Positions 49,561-62,678 of a stretch of 64,000 bases of DNA are shown here, piece after piece. The DNA lies in the NCBI RefSeq assembly GCF_002105155.1, contig NW_019028995.1, positions 682,001-746,000 of the forward strand. The letters are read 5' to 3'. Positions within the stretch are counted from its first letter, which is position 1, and every line of letters begins with the position of its first letter. The notes beneath the pieces are model-generated. The model made no database searches. It was not told the origin of the DNA and worked only from the letters and a program-made list of their open reading frames with translations. The translations under genes were made by a program, and so were the position numbers. The DNA comes from Lobosporangium transversale (Eukaryota).

Positions 49561-52500
49561 ATGTTTCGACCAGAGGATCCTCCTAAGATTGAGGACTATA
49601 ATGGTCTTTGGGCATGCCAAAAGCCTGTTTATGAATGGAAGGAGGAGTTCACTGAAGGCTCTGCACCCATTGACCTTGAACTTGAAACAGAGCTATTTGG
49701 CGATGATAGGCGTGTCCAAGCTGGGGTTCATTTCGATAAATACAGCAGGATTAGCGTGCGCCGCAAGGGTGGCCCAGATAGGCATACTCCTATCTCTAGT
49801 GTATGAATTGGAAATCTACTGCGCCAAGAAAAAAGAAAAAAAAACTAGTCGCTTACCCATCAAACTTTACTTTGTATTGTCGAATGCTATTCTAGTTTGA
49901 GGAAGCAGGGCTTCATCCAACTATTATGGATAATATCCGGCGGATGAAATATGTAGCTCCAACGCCTATCCAGGCAAGTTGAAAGAAGAGGCTTTTCCTT
50001 TTTTTTTGTGAGATGAAAAAAAAAAAAAAAAAAAAAAAGCTAAAATTTGCTCAACTGGTTTTTACATTCAAACATATAATGTAGAAAAATGCAATTCCAT
50101 TGTTAATGGCAGGTTACGATCTCCTGGCCTGTTCTCAGACAGGTTCGGGAAAGACTGCTGCTTTTTTACTCCCGGTGTTGTCAAAAATCCTTTCAAAGAT
50201 TGCTCGTTCAAGTTCACCAACACGCCCTCGTCCTGGAGCACGATGGACCAAAGCTTCGCCTCAAGCTTTAATTCTTCTTCCAACACGTGAGCTTGGCATA
50301 CAGATATTCGATGAAGCAAGACGAGTAAGTTGTTCATTTAGGCTCCCAAAACCTCCACTTTTTTTTTTAATGCCACATTTTATTATATATCTTTTAGTCT
50401 TTGGTCTTGATTTTTTTTTTTTTTTTTATAGTTCACATACATGAGCCGTATTCGTCCGGTAGTCATTTATGGTGGTGCGGACTTGCGAATTCAAAGAGAA
50501 CAACTATTACAAGGATGCGACCTCTTGATTGCCACACCTGGTCGACTTGTAGACGCTATGGAGCGAGGTATGGTGGCTCTTGATAAAGTCAGGCAATTAA
50601 TATTGGATGAGGCAGATAGAATTCTGGATATGGGCTTCGAAACAACTATTCGAGAAATCTTATGCAACTCCGATCTCCCTCGAGATGAGACTCTGCACAT
50701 GATGATGTTCAGCGCCACTTTCCCATCTCAAATCCAAGTCTTGGCGCGTGACTTTATGAAAGAGGATTATTGCAGACTTCGGATGGGAAGGTATTATTCA
50801 TGGCCGTTTAAAGTCACTCCTGTACCTGATTATTTTCGAATGCACTAAGGTTTTATCTTTTCTTATTTTCTTTTGAAGGATTGGAGGCACCACAACGAAT
50901 ATCTTGCAAAAGGTCATTAAAGTGGATGAGCTCGATAAAGAGCAGACGCTTGTCGATCTTTTATACTCGCAGCCACCATCACGCACATTGATCTTTGTTG
51001 GATCGAAACGCATGGCTGATTATCTGGACGACATTCTTTACAACCAAAAATTCCCTTGTATTTCACTTCATGGTGACCGAAGTCAGCGGGAGCGAGAACA
51101 AGCTTTAGAAGCGTTTAAATCAGGCAGGAGCCCTATTCTCATTGCGACGTCCATTGCAGCACGTGGCCTAGACATCAAAAACGTGCTACATGTTATCAAC
51201 TATGACCTCTGTGATGATATCGATGACTATGTGCATCGCATTGGTCGCACAGCTCGTGCTGGTAACCCAGGTCTTGCTACGACCTTCTATACTGATAGAA
51301 ACTATGTGATTGCGCCACATCTGGTGAAGCTGCTAATTGAATGTGAGCAGGAGGTCCCGGAGTTCCTGCAGCCGTATATTACGGAAGAATCGTAAGTTTA
51401 ACGTCGTGTTTTTTTTTTTTTTTTTTTTTTTTGGTCCGCTTAACAGATATATAAAACAACAACAACATTTCCTCTTCCTCCCCCCCCCTTCTTTTGTCAA
51501 TAGATCTGAGGAAAATGACTTTGTGGACCCAGATACGTATGATACATTAAAGTTGGAACAACAACAGAATCATCAGAGTTATAACGGCCATGACACTCAT
51601 AACGGCGCGGGCGTACATGATAGATATCAGTCTTCCTATTCAGAATCAAACAACCAGTCCCCATCTTACCAGAAAGCAGGGTTAGGAGATCGCTATTCAG
51701 GCACAGATAATCAGTACTCATCTTCCCAGAAAATGGGATTAGGGGATCGTTACTCAGAAGCAGATAATGAATATGGCCCTTCCCAAAAGGCAGGATCAGG
51801 GGGTCGCTTCTCGAATGTGGACAGCCAATACCCATCTTCCCAGAGAGCGGAGCTGGGGGATCGTTATTCAGATGTGGATAATGGTTACAAATCTCCCCAA
51901 AGAGCAGGATTAGGAGATCGTCTCTCGAATATGGACAGTCAATACCCGTCTTCCCAGAGAGCGGAGCTGGGGGACCGTTATTCAGATGTGGATAATGGTT
52001 ACAAATCTCCCCAGAGAGCAGGATTAGGGGATCGTCTCTCGAGTATGGACAGTCAATATTCATCTTCTCAGAGAGCAGGGTTGGGGGATCGTTACTCAGA
52101 TGCAGATAATGGATACAAATCCCCTCAGAGAGCAGGATTAGGGGACCGTCTCTCGAGTATGGATAGTCATCATTCACCTCTCCAGAGAGCAGGACCAGGG
52201 AATCGTAATTCAGATGCGGGCAATGAATATAATTCTTCCCAAAGAACAGGAACAGGAGGTCGTAATATGGATCCACTTGATGATTTGGTGCCTTCCTTTG
52301 AAAAGGCATCAATCAACAATCGTTACTCGAATGGAACCAATCATGACAGTCAGCCTACACAAGGCGCAACGCCATCAAACAATAATTGGGCTCCACGCGA
52401 TGACAGGCATAGCAGAGATGACTATCCTGCTTCATTTAGCTCGACAAATAAGCCATTCAAAGAACCTGTTTCGCCATCAAAGGAGACGCAGGAGGGATTT

Positions 52501-52602
52501 GGAGATAATGCATGGTTAAAGGCTCCTACGGGATATCGCCAAGAAATGCGCACAAGTGACTGGGATGCGCGAGCGCAAGCACTTGCCCTCGGATGGAATT
52601 AA
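49561..52602 (+). CDS. Ded1/DDX3/Vasa-clade DEAD-box RNA helicase with repetitive C-terminal tail, multi-exon
   Basis: Q motif PTPIQ, SQTGSGKT, PTREL, YGG, TPGRL, DEAD, MFSATFP, ARGLD, YVHRIGRTARAG. The last intron 51392-51503 joins the tail exon in frame. Confidence 0.92.
51661..52270 (+). repeat. 57-nt (19-aa) coding tandem repeat, ~10.5 units
   Basis: Units such as PSSQRAELGDRYSDVDNGY and KSPQRAGLGDRLSNMDSQY alternate. Confidence 0.92.
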
Positions 52603-53001
52603 ATGTGATGAATTTGGTTCGATATTTGATATACTACATAGTCCATCGTAATAGCTATGCTTTCTTTTTCTTCTTTTCTTTCTTTTTAGACTGCAAATAA
52701 ACCGATATCATTGCCATATTGCTAATTGTTTATTTAATTATTTAGTCCATTCTTCACACATCCTGAATGTGTGTAACAAATATCGGCTCCGATTTGAAAT
52801 GTTGGGCAACACAGCAGTAAGCGCTTTTCTTTACAAGTGATGTGATACAATCTGATTGACTATATATTTTTTATTTTTTATATATTAGATTAACGTTTTT
52901 ATTTAAGCTCTGTGTCAAAATGATAAAAGCAAAAAAAAAGAAAATTATGAATTTAAATAAAAATAAAATAATAGTAAAGAATAACAGCAAGAAAAAAAAA
53001 A

Positions 53002-53032
<31 letters not shown>

Positions 53033-53207
53033 GGATGAAAAGTGGTATAGAACAAAAAAGAAAAAGAAAAAAAAAAAATGTCTATGACAGTAATTAATGA
53101 AATAAAAAATATGAAAGTCTATCTATTTTTTTTTTTTTTTTTTTTTTTTTTTTGTTTTTTCTTTATACATGTATATTTGTGCAATATGTATATCAGTCAC
53201 TTCCCAT

Positions 53208-55508
53208 TCACATCATATCTACATCGCATATAGGTGACAATGGTTCAGATATGCTTGTCAAAGGTGTCGGAGGTGTCATGGGAGTCAAAGCTCCTACTGG
53301 AGTCACACCAAGTTGAAGCGAGGACCGGCGAGGACCCCGAAGTCGATTTTGCTTCTCATGCTGCTGTTGCATTACCAGCTGATGATGATGGTGGTGGTGA
53401 TGATGATGGTGTTGTTGTTGTTGGTATTGGTGATGCTGCAAATGTAACTGTTGTTGTTGTTGTTGCAACTGCATCTTGATACGGACGAGCTCTTGTTGCT
53501 TTTGCAGACTCTGTTTTTCATGCATCTCCAAATCCTGTTGGATCTTTAGTTCTTGTTCCTTAAGTTGGGCCAGACTGATACCAACATTGGCAGTGGCATC
53601 GTTGGGCATCACAGGGCCATGAGACATGGGAGACATGGGAGACATGGGCGTATGGGTATATGAAGGCTTCTGGGCCTGAAGTGGATGAAGTACATGATGA
53701 TGAGGATGGTGATGATGTTGTTGTTGTTGATGGGGATGGTGATGAGGATGATGATGAGGATGAAGGGAATGATAAGGTTGTGTTGGAGACTGAATCGACT
53801 GTGCTGGTGAGAGCGGCGGAGGCTGAAGCATCGCTGTTGGTGACTGTGGGAACCCTGGGGAGACCGGAAAGGAAGAAGCAGGCGTAGCAGGATTAGAGAC
53901 TGTGGTACCTGCTGGCACCAATCGACCGTTTGTGATGCTTGGGATCATCAGTGTGAGACTATGACCTGGGTGTGGGCGTGGTCTCTGATATTGATGCTGT
54001 CGTCGCTGCATCTGCAGTAGCTCATGGTGCTCTGTATGGAAATGCCGGATCGATGCTCTGGAGTTGCTGTAGTGATCGCTCAGAGAGTGAGCCATTGCGA
54101 CATCATGTGGGATAGGTACCTCTTGTGCAACCCCATTGCGTTGTTTCTCCATCTCTTGATGCTGTTGATGCTGCTGGCGATGCTTTTGAAGCTGCTCATA
54201 TTCATATGCATCAAGCCCTAGGGCGTTGTTATATCCGTCTGAAGACATCAGTTGCGGACCAGCGCTGGTTGGATGCCCAGTCTCAACAACACCCATGGAC
54301 GGACCAGACATCTCTGGGACACCTGGAGTAGGAGGGGCACTGTGGCTCCAATGGGGGGGCGAAAGTGAATGGCCTGCTTGATGAGGATGATGAGAACGAT
54401 ATTCAAGAGATGGACCCGATAACTGAGGGAATTGTGAGCGTTGATATTGCTCTTGGTGCTGCAAGAGTAGCTCTCGTTGTTGATGCTCATGCTGAGGCAG
54501 CATCGTCGTAGCAGGATATCCTCCCTGTTGAGCCGGAGAAATATGGGGGAATGACATGGCTCGGGGTCGGTATGGCTGCTCTGGTTGGCCATGAAGAGGA
54601 AGGAAGGAATTTCCAGAGAGGGGTTGATACCCTTGATGTTGAAGCCTGGCTGCTATCATTGCTGCATCACTCACAGCGGTCTTGCTACCACCCTTGGGTC
54701 GTCCTCGAGGTTTTGGAACTGCATCACGACAGGTCGAAGCCTTGGAGGGATGCTTGAGACAGTTCTGGCATGGTCTTCCATGGTCACACTTGATATGGGA
54801 TCGCTTGCAGTTGAAGCAAGCGACAACTGGGACGATGGCATCCTCATATGAGGGGGTTGATGGTGTTGAAGGCGAAGGAGGGATGGATGAAGACGGTGTG
54901 GAAGAGCGCGTAGGAGATGGAGAACCTGAGGTTGTGGAGTTGATGTCCACAAATTCTGAAATCGAGGGCTGAGTATTAATGTCGCTAGGACCAGTTTTAA
55001 GATCTGATGCAGATACTGATGTTGATGTTGATGTTGATTCCAACGAACTTTCATGGAACGTGAAGTCATCAAACATTGATCCACCGTTTGTTTGTAACGA
55101 ATCAACAGCGGATGCTGTAGATGAAGGGCCAGAGAGCTCAGTAGCAGCCAGGTTAAAATCAAATCCTTGTTCTGAAAACAATTCCATAGTCGCCAGGTTG
55201 TTTTCATCTTTGTGATCACCTTGAGAAGGGAAATCACACGAAATCAGGTCGGCTGCGCAAGATGACGATGAAGGCGACGAAGGATGGAAGAGAGAGCTTG
55301 GAAGTTGTGATTGTTGATCATGAGAATTAGGACTAAATGGTTCTGGGAGATTGAACCCAAGATCATCAAATGCAGACATGGTCTCTCTGAGATCATCCAA
55401 TGACGATAATGTACCGTGTGTATGTGGATCAGTATAAGGTGGAGTTGCTAAAGAATGTGAGGAACTGGATGTGGTGGAAATGGCTGTAGATTTAGATGTA
55501 CTACTCAT
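53208..55508 (-). CDS. Zn(II)2Cys6 transcription factor, ~766 aa, with poly-Q/H tail
   Basis: ACFNCKRSHIKCDHGRPCQNCLKHPSKASTC followed by AT-hook-like PRGRPK. Likely start MSSTSKS at 55508. Confidence 0.9.
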   Translation of the reverse strand: MSSTSKSTAISTTSSSSHSLATPPYTDPHTHGTLSSLDDLRETMSAFDDLGFNLPEPFSPNSHDQQSQLPSSLFHPSSPSSSSCAADLISCDFPSQGDHKDENNLATMELFSEQGFDFNLAATELSGPSSTASAVDSLQTNGGSMFDDFTFHESSLESTSTSTSVSASDLKTGPSDINTQPSISEFVDINSTTSGSPSPTRSSTPSSSIPPSPSTPSTPSYEDAIVPVVACFNCKRSHIKCDHGRPCQNCLKHPSKASTCRDAVPKPRGRPKGGSKTAVSDAAMIAARLQHQGYQPLSGNSFLPLHGQPEQPYRPRAMSFPHISPAQQGGYPATTMLPQHEHQQRELLLQHQEQYQRSQFPQLSGPSLEYRSHHPHQAGHSLSPPHWSHSAPPTPGVPEMSGPSMGVVETGHPTSAGPQLMSSDGYNNALGLDAYEYEQLQKHRQQHQQHQEMEKQRNGVAQEVPIPHDVAMAHSLSDHYSNSRASIRHFHTEHHELLQMQRRQHQYQRPRPHPGHSLTLMIPSITNGRLVPAGTTVSNPATPASSFPVSPGFPQSPTAMLQPPPLSPAQSIQSPTQPYHSLHPHHHPHHHPHQQQQHHHHPHHHVLHPLQAQKPSYTHTPMSPMSPMSHGPVMPNDATANVGISLAQLKEQELKIQQDLEMHEKQSLQKQQELVRIKMQLQQQQQQLHLQHHQYQQQQHHHHHHHHHHQLVMQQQHEKQNRLRGPRRSSLQLGVTPVGALTPMTPPTPLTSISEPLSPICDVDMM

Positions 55509-58500
55509 GGTGATTGTAGGACGGAAAGGGATTTTGGAGGTAAAAAAAAAAAAAAAAAAAAAAAAAGACCGTTGTGTTTTTAGATTGAGTCGTACAAATT
55601 GATGCAGGGAATTAAAGAAGAAAGAGCGGTAGTACACTGCAAAAAATAAAAATAAAAAATAAAAAATAAAAAATAAAAAAATAAACGTGGAAAGAGGATA
55701 GAGCCGTTTTTTTTCTTTTTGAGTTCAACCGTTTTTGGGCCGGGGATATGGACTAATTAGGATAAATGAAAGGATGAATAGCAATTGCTTGTTAAAGAGA
55801 AAAGCGAGGAGAGGTTGGAAGTGTGTGAGATTTGTATTATGCAATGGGATAGAGGAGAAAAGGTATATTATAATAACAATAAGATCATTCTAATATATGA
55901 TTAATGAGATTGTTGTTGTTGTTGTTGTTGTTGCTATTGTTACTGCCTTGCCTGTCGCTTGTGATACTGGTGGAAATGATGATTGGCGGTGATGTGGGTG
56001 CAACGTAAGGCAAGCCGTAACGGTGCTCCGAAAGAGGCGAAGTAAAAGGAGAAGAGCAAAAAAATAAAAAAAAAAATAAAAATGCTGGAGTGTGAAATGT
56101 CTTGTGATTGAATGAGTGAAGGAGAGGAAGAAAAAAAAAAAAAGAAAATCGACAATTAGGTGTGCAACGCGTTGGATTGGTTGACAACTGTTCTTGTTAT
56201 TAATATGGGTGAATGGTAGAAAGATAATGATGTGATAGATGATGATATCTATCGAGCTGAAGAGGCTGGGTTCTTCTCTGTCTCGTTTGAACTTGTTTGG
56301 TTGTTTAGTGATGAGGAGTTCGTAATGGCTGTTATTGCAATCTCGGTCAAACGCGGGGGGGCTGGTCACTGGCTAGTTGACTTGCTTGATGGCTGTATTA
56401 AGAAAAACATACATTATTAAATAAATAAAATGAAATAAATAAAAATCAGAGTCATGAACGTTAGTGTCCGACTAACATCCAAATCCGCGTCTCCATCCAA
56501 GGGAAACACTTCCTTGATTGCAAAAAAAATCTTTGGAAGTCTCAACCGACACTCTGGACACTATGCTTTTTTTTTTTTTTTTTTTTGTGTTCCCATCCTT
56601 ATTTTCTGTGTTCACAGTGCGTGACAAAATCTTATTTGCCTGGATATTCAAAGAAAGGATGGGGGCATGAATATAAAACTGTTTGGTCGCTTGTGTGAGT
56701 GTGAAAATAGAAGTGGGTTCCGTGTTTGAGTAGTGAATAAAAGTGTGGAATTGTCTTTGTATGATGAATGGGGGGGGGGGGGGGACAAGGATGACGATAA
56801 GGATGGGTAGATAATGGTTGAGTGGGTATGAAGCGGATAATGGTCCTCGCCCAGTTGAGAAGAGGCAAAAGTAAATGACAAAAATCAAAAAATACCTTTG
56901 CAGGGATCACAGATGGGAGACAAGAGAGATTGAAAGGAAAGGATTAGAGGTGCCAAAAGATTTTTTTGCACAATGGCAAGACTTTTTATAGTGAAGAGAG
57001 GGATCACCAATAAAAGGCATAAAAGAGAAAGAATACTCAGAGGAAAGAGGCTCCAGCGTTCGTTGAGCAAAATAAGGAGAGGGTATTGATTGAGTATTGT
57101 AAAAGATGAATGCTTACTTCAGTTAGTTTTATTCAATTTTTATTCAATTGATTCTAATGAACATTTAAAAAAAAAACTGAATAATAAACTTGAATAAAGC
57201 GCTGGTGTTGGTGTGGGAAAAGAATGAATAAGGATGGACAGAAGGTGCTTCTCTGCATGTGCGCATGGGTGATTGTGTGCCAACGCAATGGGATGTTTGT
57301 GTGTACAATAGTGAGAGGATAACGGACAACGAGCACCTATTATATTCTTTTTCTTTCTTTCTTTTTATCTTTTATTTTTTGGTAAAAAAAAACTGATAGT
57401 GCGCTCTATTCACAGTTTACGGGAAGGAGCTCGTCGGTAAATAGAGCAAGATAGACGGATAGAGAAGAGCAAGGGGAGAAGAGTGTAGTTGAGGTGGGAG
57501 AAAAAGAAAAGGGAAAGTTGGCGACAAAAAAAAATCTGGGCCATCTTTAACTAGCGATTGACAAAAAAAAAACTTGTAGTGGGTCATGAAATCTTTAAAC
57601 TGGATCCACTCCAGATTAATCCTTATAAAATAATACTCAGCAGACAAATTGACCATCACAATGGCAATAGTTTTTTTTTTTTTTTTTTTTTTAATCTATT
57701 GTCCATCCAATCTCGTTTTCTCATTCCCATTCCTTTCTATTTAGATGTCAATTCAGGTACGCCGCAAATGTGAAACGAGCCAGATGTCAATCCACTCACA
57801 ATTGCTGACCGAGAATGGACGTGAATAACCTTTGTCTCGACCAAAGATGTCGTCCTCTTTTATTTGTGCGTTCCAATATGTGGTATTGAAAAACAGAAAA
57901 GTGAGAATCTGTTTCAATTCGACGGCAGATCTTATACACGGAGCATGGTCATAAAAAATAAAAGTAAAAAAAGTAAGCAGCAAAGAATAAAGAGAAAAGA
58001 GAAGAGTAAAGAATTCAACTAGATATATGGAATAGATAGAATAGACAGATATATATTTATGAATATATATATTGCATATGCTTCTCCATTACTCCCGTCA
58101 AATTGACATGGCATGTCATAAATAAACACAGAAAAAACTTTATACATGCACTCATTTAACAGGGGTAAAGTGTTAAAAAAAGGACCATTTACTTTTCTAT
58201 TGAATACCAACCTCCTTTAGGCAACCAAATGTAAATTGAAATATATTTTTATATACTTGCAACCCCCTTCAATCCAAACCAATATTATTACATTTTTAAA
58301 TATAAAACCATTTTATTCATATATTTAAATACAAATAATACGCTCGGCCTACTAAAGATTGAATAGATTGCGCGAGCATTATAGAGGAATGTCATGGACA
58401 AAATGAGCAGTGAGAAAAAAAAAAAAAAAAAAAAAAAGTCTTGAAGAGAGCGAGAGAGTATCAAAAGAGTTTGTAGTCATTAGCATAGTCATATATATTA

Positions 58501-60021
58501 TAACAATAATGTTATATAAGTACTTGAACTAAAAACTAAACAATTGTCATGCATGTGTATATAATATTGTTTATTTTGCCTTTGACAAAAGGATAGAGGA
58601 AGAATAGGAAAAAGGGCGGCAAAGGGTTGCAGAGCGGATAAAGTATATTTATATATACATATCCATAATTGAATTTAGTCCGTTGCAAAGCGCACATTGG
58701 GAAACCAGCACTCATTCCTTTTATTTTATTTTATTTTATTTTATTTTACGCAAATCTATACTCTGTTATTTTTATTATGATATACAAGTACATGTATATT
58801 CCTCCCTTCTTCCCAACAAAGTCACTGACCTTTTCTTCCCCACATTTGCCTTCGTTCACTTTTCTTGTGATTCATTCCGGCTGCAAACTAGTCACGTAAT
58901 CTTAACTTCCCGCCGTTATTCTTGCTTTATAATTTATTAGATAAAAACAAAAAAAAAAAAAAAACGTGTAAAGATAAAATATAAAGGTTTGGGCGGTTGA
59001 AACATCCGTCATTTGTAATGGATGCATGGCTCAAGAAAGCTTTTATGTCCAAAAATAAGGTGAGATGCATGAGTTTTTTTTTTTTTTTTTTTTTTTTTTT
59101 GCGCCGTGCACCAACAATCGTAATTGTGTGTTTTTTTTCTTTTTTTTACTCAGCCAGGATCAACAAAACAGCAGCAAAACAATATTTTAAAACATGACAA
59201 CAATGACAATAACAATAACAATAACAATAACAAAAAAAAAAAAAAAAAAGAGAAAAATTATAACCGCAGGCGCAGTGACTCAGTTAGATTACTGATGGTT
59301 CAGTAGCAGATAATTGTAAATAGAAAAAGACAAACAATTAGAAAAAAAAATGCGGAGATTCTTCAAGTTTTTTTTTTTTTTTTTTTTGCTCTGTGTACGT
59401 TGATCGTGGTCATTGTCGGGGATGTCTCGAGAATGCAGGGTGATTGCCCCATGCAGTAAACTAAACAGCGATCAGAAAAAAAAAAATGCTTGGCTCGTAA
59501 AACGGATCATGCAATGCCTTTTTTTATGTTTGCATTTCAAAAAAAAAAAGAGCGGTTCAGGTATAAAGAATGTGTATATACAGGGGCCATTCGTTTGTGC
59601 CGCCATGAACCTGCACGATTGCCGAATTTTTTTTTTTTTTTTTTTTTTTTTTGATAAAGTTGGTGAAGGCTCCCTTCACCACAGGCACTTACTTCCCCCT
59701 CACCTCCTTCCATCCCCCTTCCTCTTCTCCGTTCTCTCGTCGGCTTGAAAAGCACGCAGGCTCGTCAGGCTTAGTCTCACGCTATTGGATTAGACTATGA
59801 CAATGGTGGTCTGAACCGTAACAGGCATGTTTAGGATATGCTAAGGTTATGCCTAGTGTTGTCATCCGCATGATCTTTACACGAACTTTGAAAGAATTTG
59901 CTGAACCTGTTACACCAAGTGAAGCATATCCAATAGATACGGAAAAAAAAAGGTTACAGATACCACGTTTTTTCTGCTTCCATTTCCGGATAAAAATCAG
60001 ATTGTCTAAATCATTCCTTTC

Positions 60022-60055
<34 letters not shown>

Positions 60056-62642
60056 TACCAAACAGCGGGATAACTATCTACATCCTCCCGCCAAAAAAAT
60101 AAAAAAATAAAAATAAAAAATGAGTTGTACTTGTTCTTTCTTCGTTGTATCATAACAATCAGGGAGTAAAAAAAGAACAAACACGTTGACACATTGGAAA
60201 TGGCCTGAGCGTACTGAAAGATTTTTCCATGTTTCGGTATGGGTTGAAAAATGAGTCAGATCAATGAAGTAAAAAAAAAAAAAAAGTTCGTGTTGACGAG
60301 ATTTTCACTCCACCTTTTTGTCCATTTTTTATTTATTTGTTGCTTGTTGTGTTGTTGTCCGTATTCTTAAGAATAATTTTAAAGGAGAGGAAGAAAAATA
60401 ACTTTGGATAAAAAACGCTAGTGGTAGGCAAGTGCGTCCTTTTGCAAACTATGTTCATTTACTTCAGATAAAAGTTAATAAGTTCGAAAAAAAAAAAAAT
60501 CGGGCAGCCAGGTTAGGATTAATTAAAAACAGAATAGGTTTGAAGGTTTGACTAATGACCTCTTCCAGTCTTCTGTGGCGTCAAAAAAAAGGACAAAGGC
60601 TTCCTATCTTCAGAACTTGTATTCTCCGTTTTGGTGAAGAGGTTGGAAATATGGAAAGGGAACCATATCGCCAATTGGTGGGTCTTCTTCATGTTTGTTA
60701 CACTAGAGGTCAATTTCGTTAAGAAATATTGCGGGTGAAATAAAATTGGCGGGAACAAACAAAAGACCTTATTCCCAGTTCTTTCAATCTCCTATAATCA
60801 AAGTTAGTCCTTCTTCCTCTTTCCTTCCACCTTTTTTTTTTTTAAAAAAAAAGAGAGAAAAAGAAAGAAAAAAACATCTCCAACCATTTTATTTGCATGA
60901 AAGGCTAAAAAGTAAGAAAATGCACGCGAATGGATGATATCCTTACCATGTGGGACTCCGCGTGTCATCTCTCTGGCAAAGGATTGATGTTCTTCAATTA
61001 TTATCCATCATGATTAACAAATTTATACTTTTATTTAATGCATCGCCTCTTCTTTTTAACAGTCGAGATCAAATTGTAAACGTGTAATTTTTTTTAATGA
61101 AGTAATTCTTATTATGCGCGTGCTTGTTTTCATCCTAGCCTAACCTTTTCACAACATCCTTGAGGAGAAATGATCGAGCCATTTTGTTTTATTTTTTGTT
61201 TTTCACTTTTATGCCTGTTATTTTACTTGCTCATTAATGAGGATTAAGGAGATGATGGAGGGGAGGAGATGGGGGCTGAAAGGAGGCTTCAAGAGCGAAT
61301 GCCTAACTAAGCATAAGCAATGCACAAGCAAAGCATCGGAAATAGTGGGAGGATACTAGGATACTAGGGGAAGAGAAGACCAATGAATGACTGGATCACG
61401 CGTAGAAAAAATACAAAAAATAGGACAGTTCATGCTCTCAAATCCGAGAACTGGGAATGAGCCATGAAGTAAACGCCAGATGGAAATTTTAACGCATAGG
61501 CATAGGTAGATAGATGGATGAGAGCTTGAACGAGGCCTTTTTTTTTGTTCTGTCGTCGAAGATCTTGGACTTAAAGATAGAATAGATTGATACAAAAATT
61601 ATAGAGCCAAGTAGCACTGCATTCAGGAATGGTGAAGGGCTTTTTTCTTTTTTTGCTCAATCAGACATGAGAGTTAAAAGAGCAAAAAAGAAAAAAGAGA
61701 AAAGCCCAAGTGCATGTATTCGCTCGCTCTTTGTTGGCGAGCCAGCTCTTTTTTTTTTTTTTTTTTTTTTTTTCCCTCTCTCTTTCTCTCTCTCGCCGTT
61801 TTTTCAGGAGGTTAGTAAAAAAGATGATGCAAGTTTATATTCAATATGAAGGCCAAGGCACTTTTGCGTGATCAATGTTGCCGTCGTTTAGACGATCCTT
61901 CCTCCTTCCTCTTCTTCCTCTCATTCGTTGGATGTCTTTTTTCTTTTTTTTCTTGCCTCATGTCTGGACACTTGGGTTTGCCAAAATGAAGTGTTAGTCT
62001 CCTTAATTTGCTTTCCCGTAGTTTTATAAACCGGCTTGTACTTATTTTTTCCCGCCAATTCAGTTATGATAGTCCAATAGCGAGTCGAGACAGGCTTCTG
62101 CAAACATTTTTTCTTGTGTATATTTAACATTACATCAATATCAATAAATGTGTATAACTGAATGCTTCAAGGATTCAGTTATTAGTCATCGTGTTAAAAA
62201 AAAAAACTAAAGAGAAATAAATAAATGAGTGGATGAATGAATTGTGTGGTTTCTTGCAGGTATCTCTTTCGTTTTGGAGGATCAGTGATAGTACTTTTGC
62301 TGAGATTTTCTGTGTAAGGACCATTGATTGATGAGCATGGGGTCGTAGCATTTTTTTTTTTTTTTTTTTCCTATTCATTGACGAAGTGGGCGCTTGACCA
62401 ATCACGGACCTTTTCTGGGCAACGCACATTGCATTGAGACGAGTCGAGTGTTGTTTTCTACATATAATTTGAGTTCCTTTCTATCGCCTCCATCTATAGA
62501 GTTATATATAATGTAGACTTTCATTTGTTTATACTTTTCTAATTGGCAGGAGCTTTGGCGCGTGTCTGGTGACCTTTCATATATTTAGACAAAACTTGTT
62601 ATAATTGATGCACCAGAATGGCAGAACCGGGCACTCGGCATT

Positions 62643-62678
<36 letters not shown>

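Noticed and set aside
51661..52270. Regular repeat as a CRISPR-like array
   Set aside because: The units are contiguous in-frame coding repeats with no unique spacers, in a eukaryotic gene.
59782..59936. Cluster of short inverted repeats (ctattggat/atccaatag, gtaacagg/cctgttac, atgacaa/ttgtcat) as a structured RNA or MITE
   Set aside because: The arms are only 7-9 bp and partly incompatible, and there is no TSD. It cannot be distinguished from chance without covariation data.
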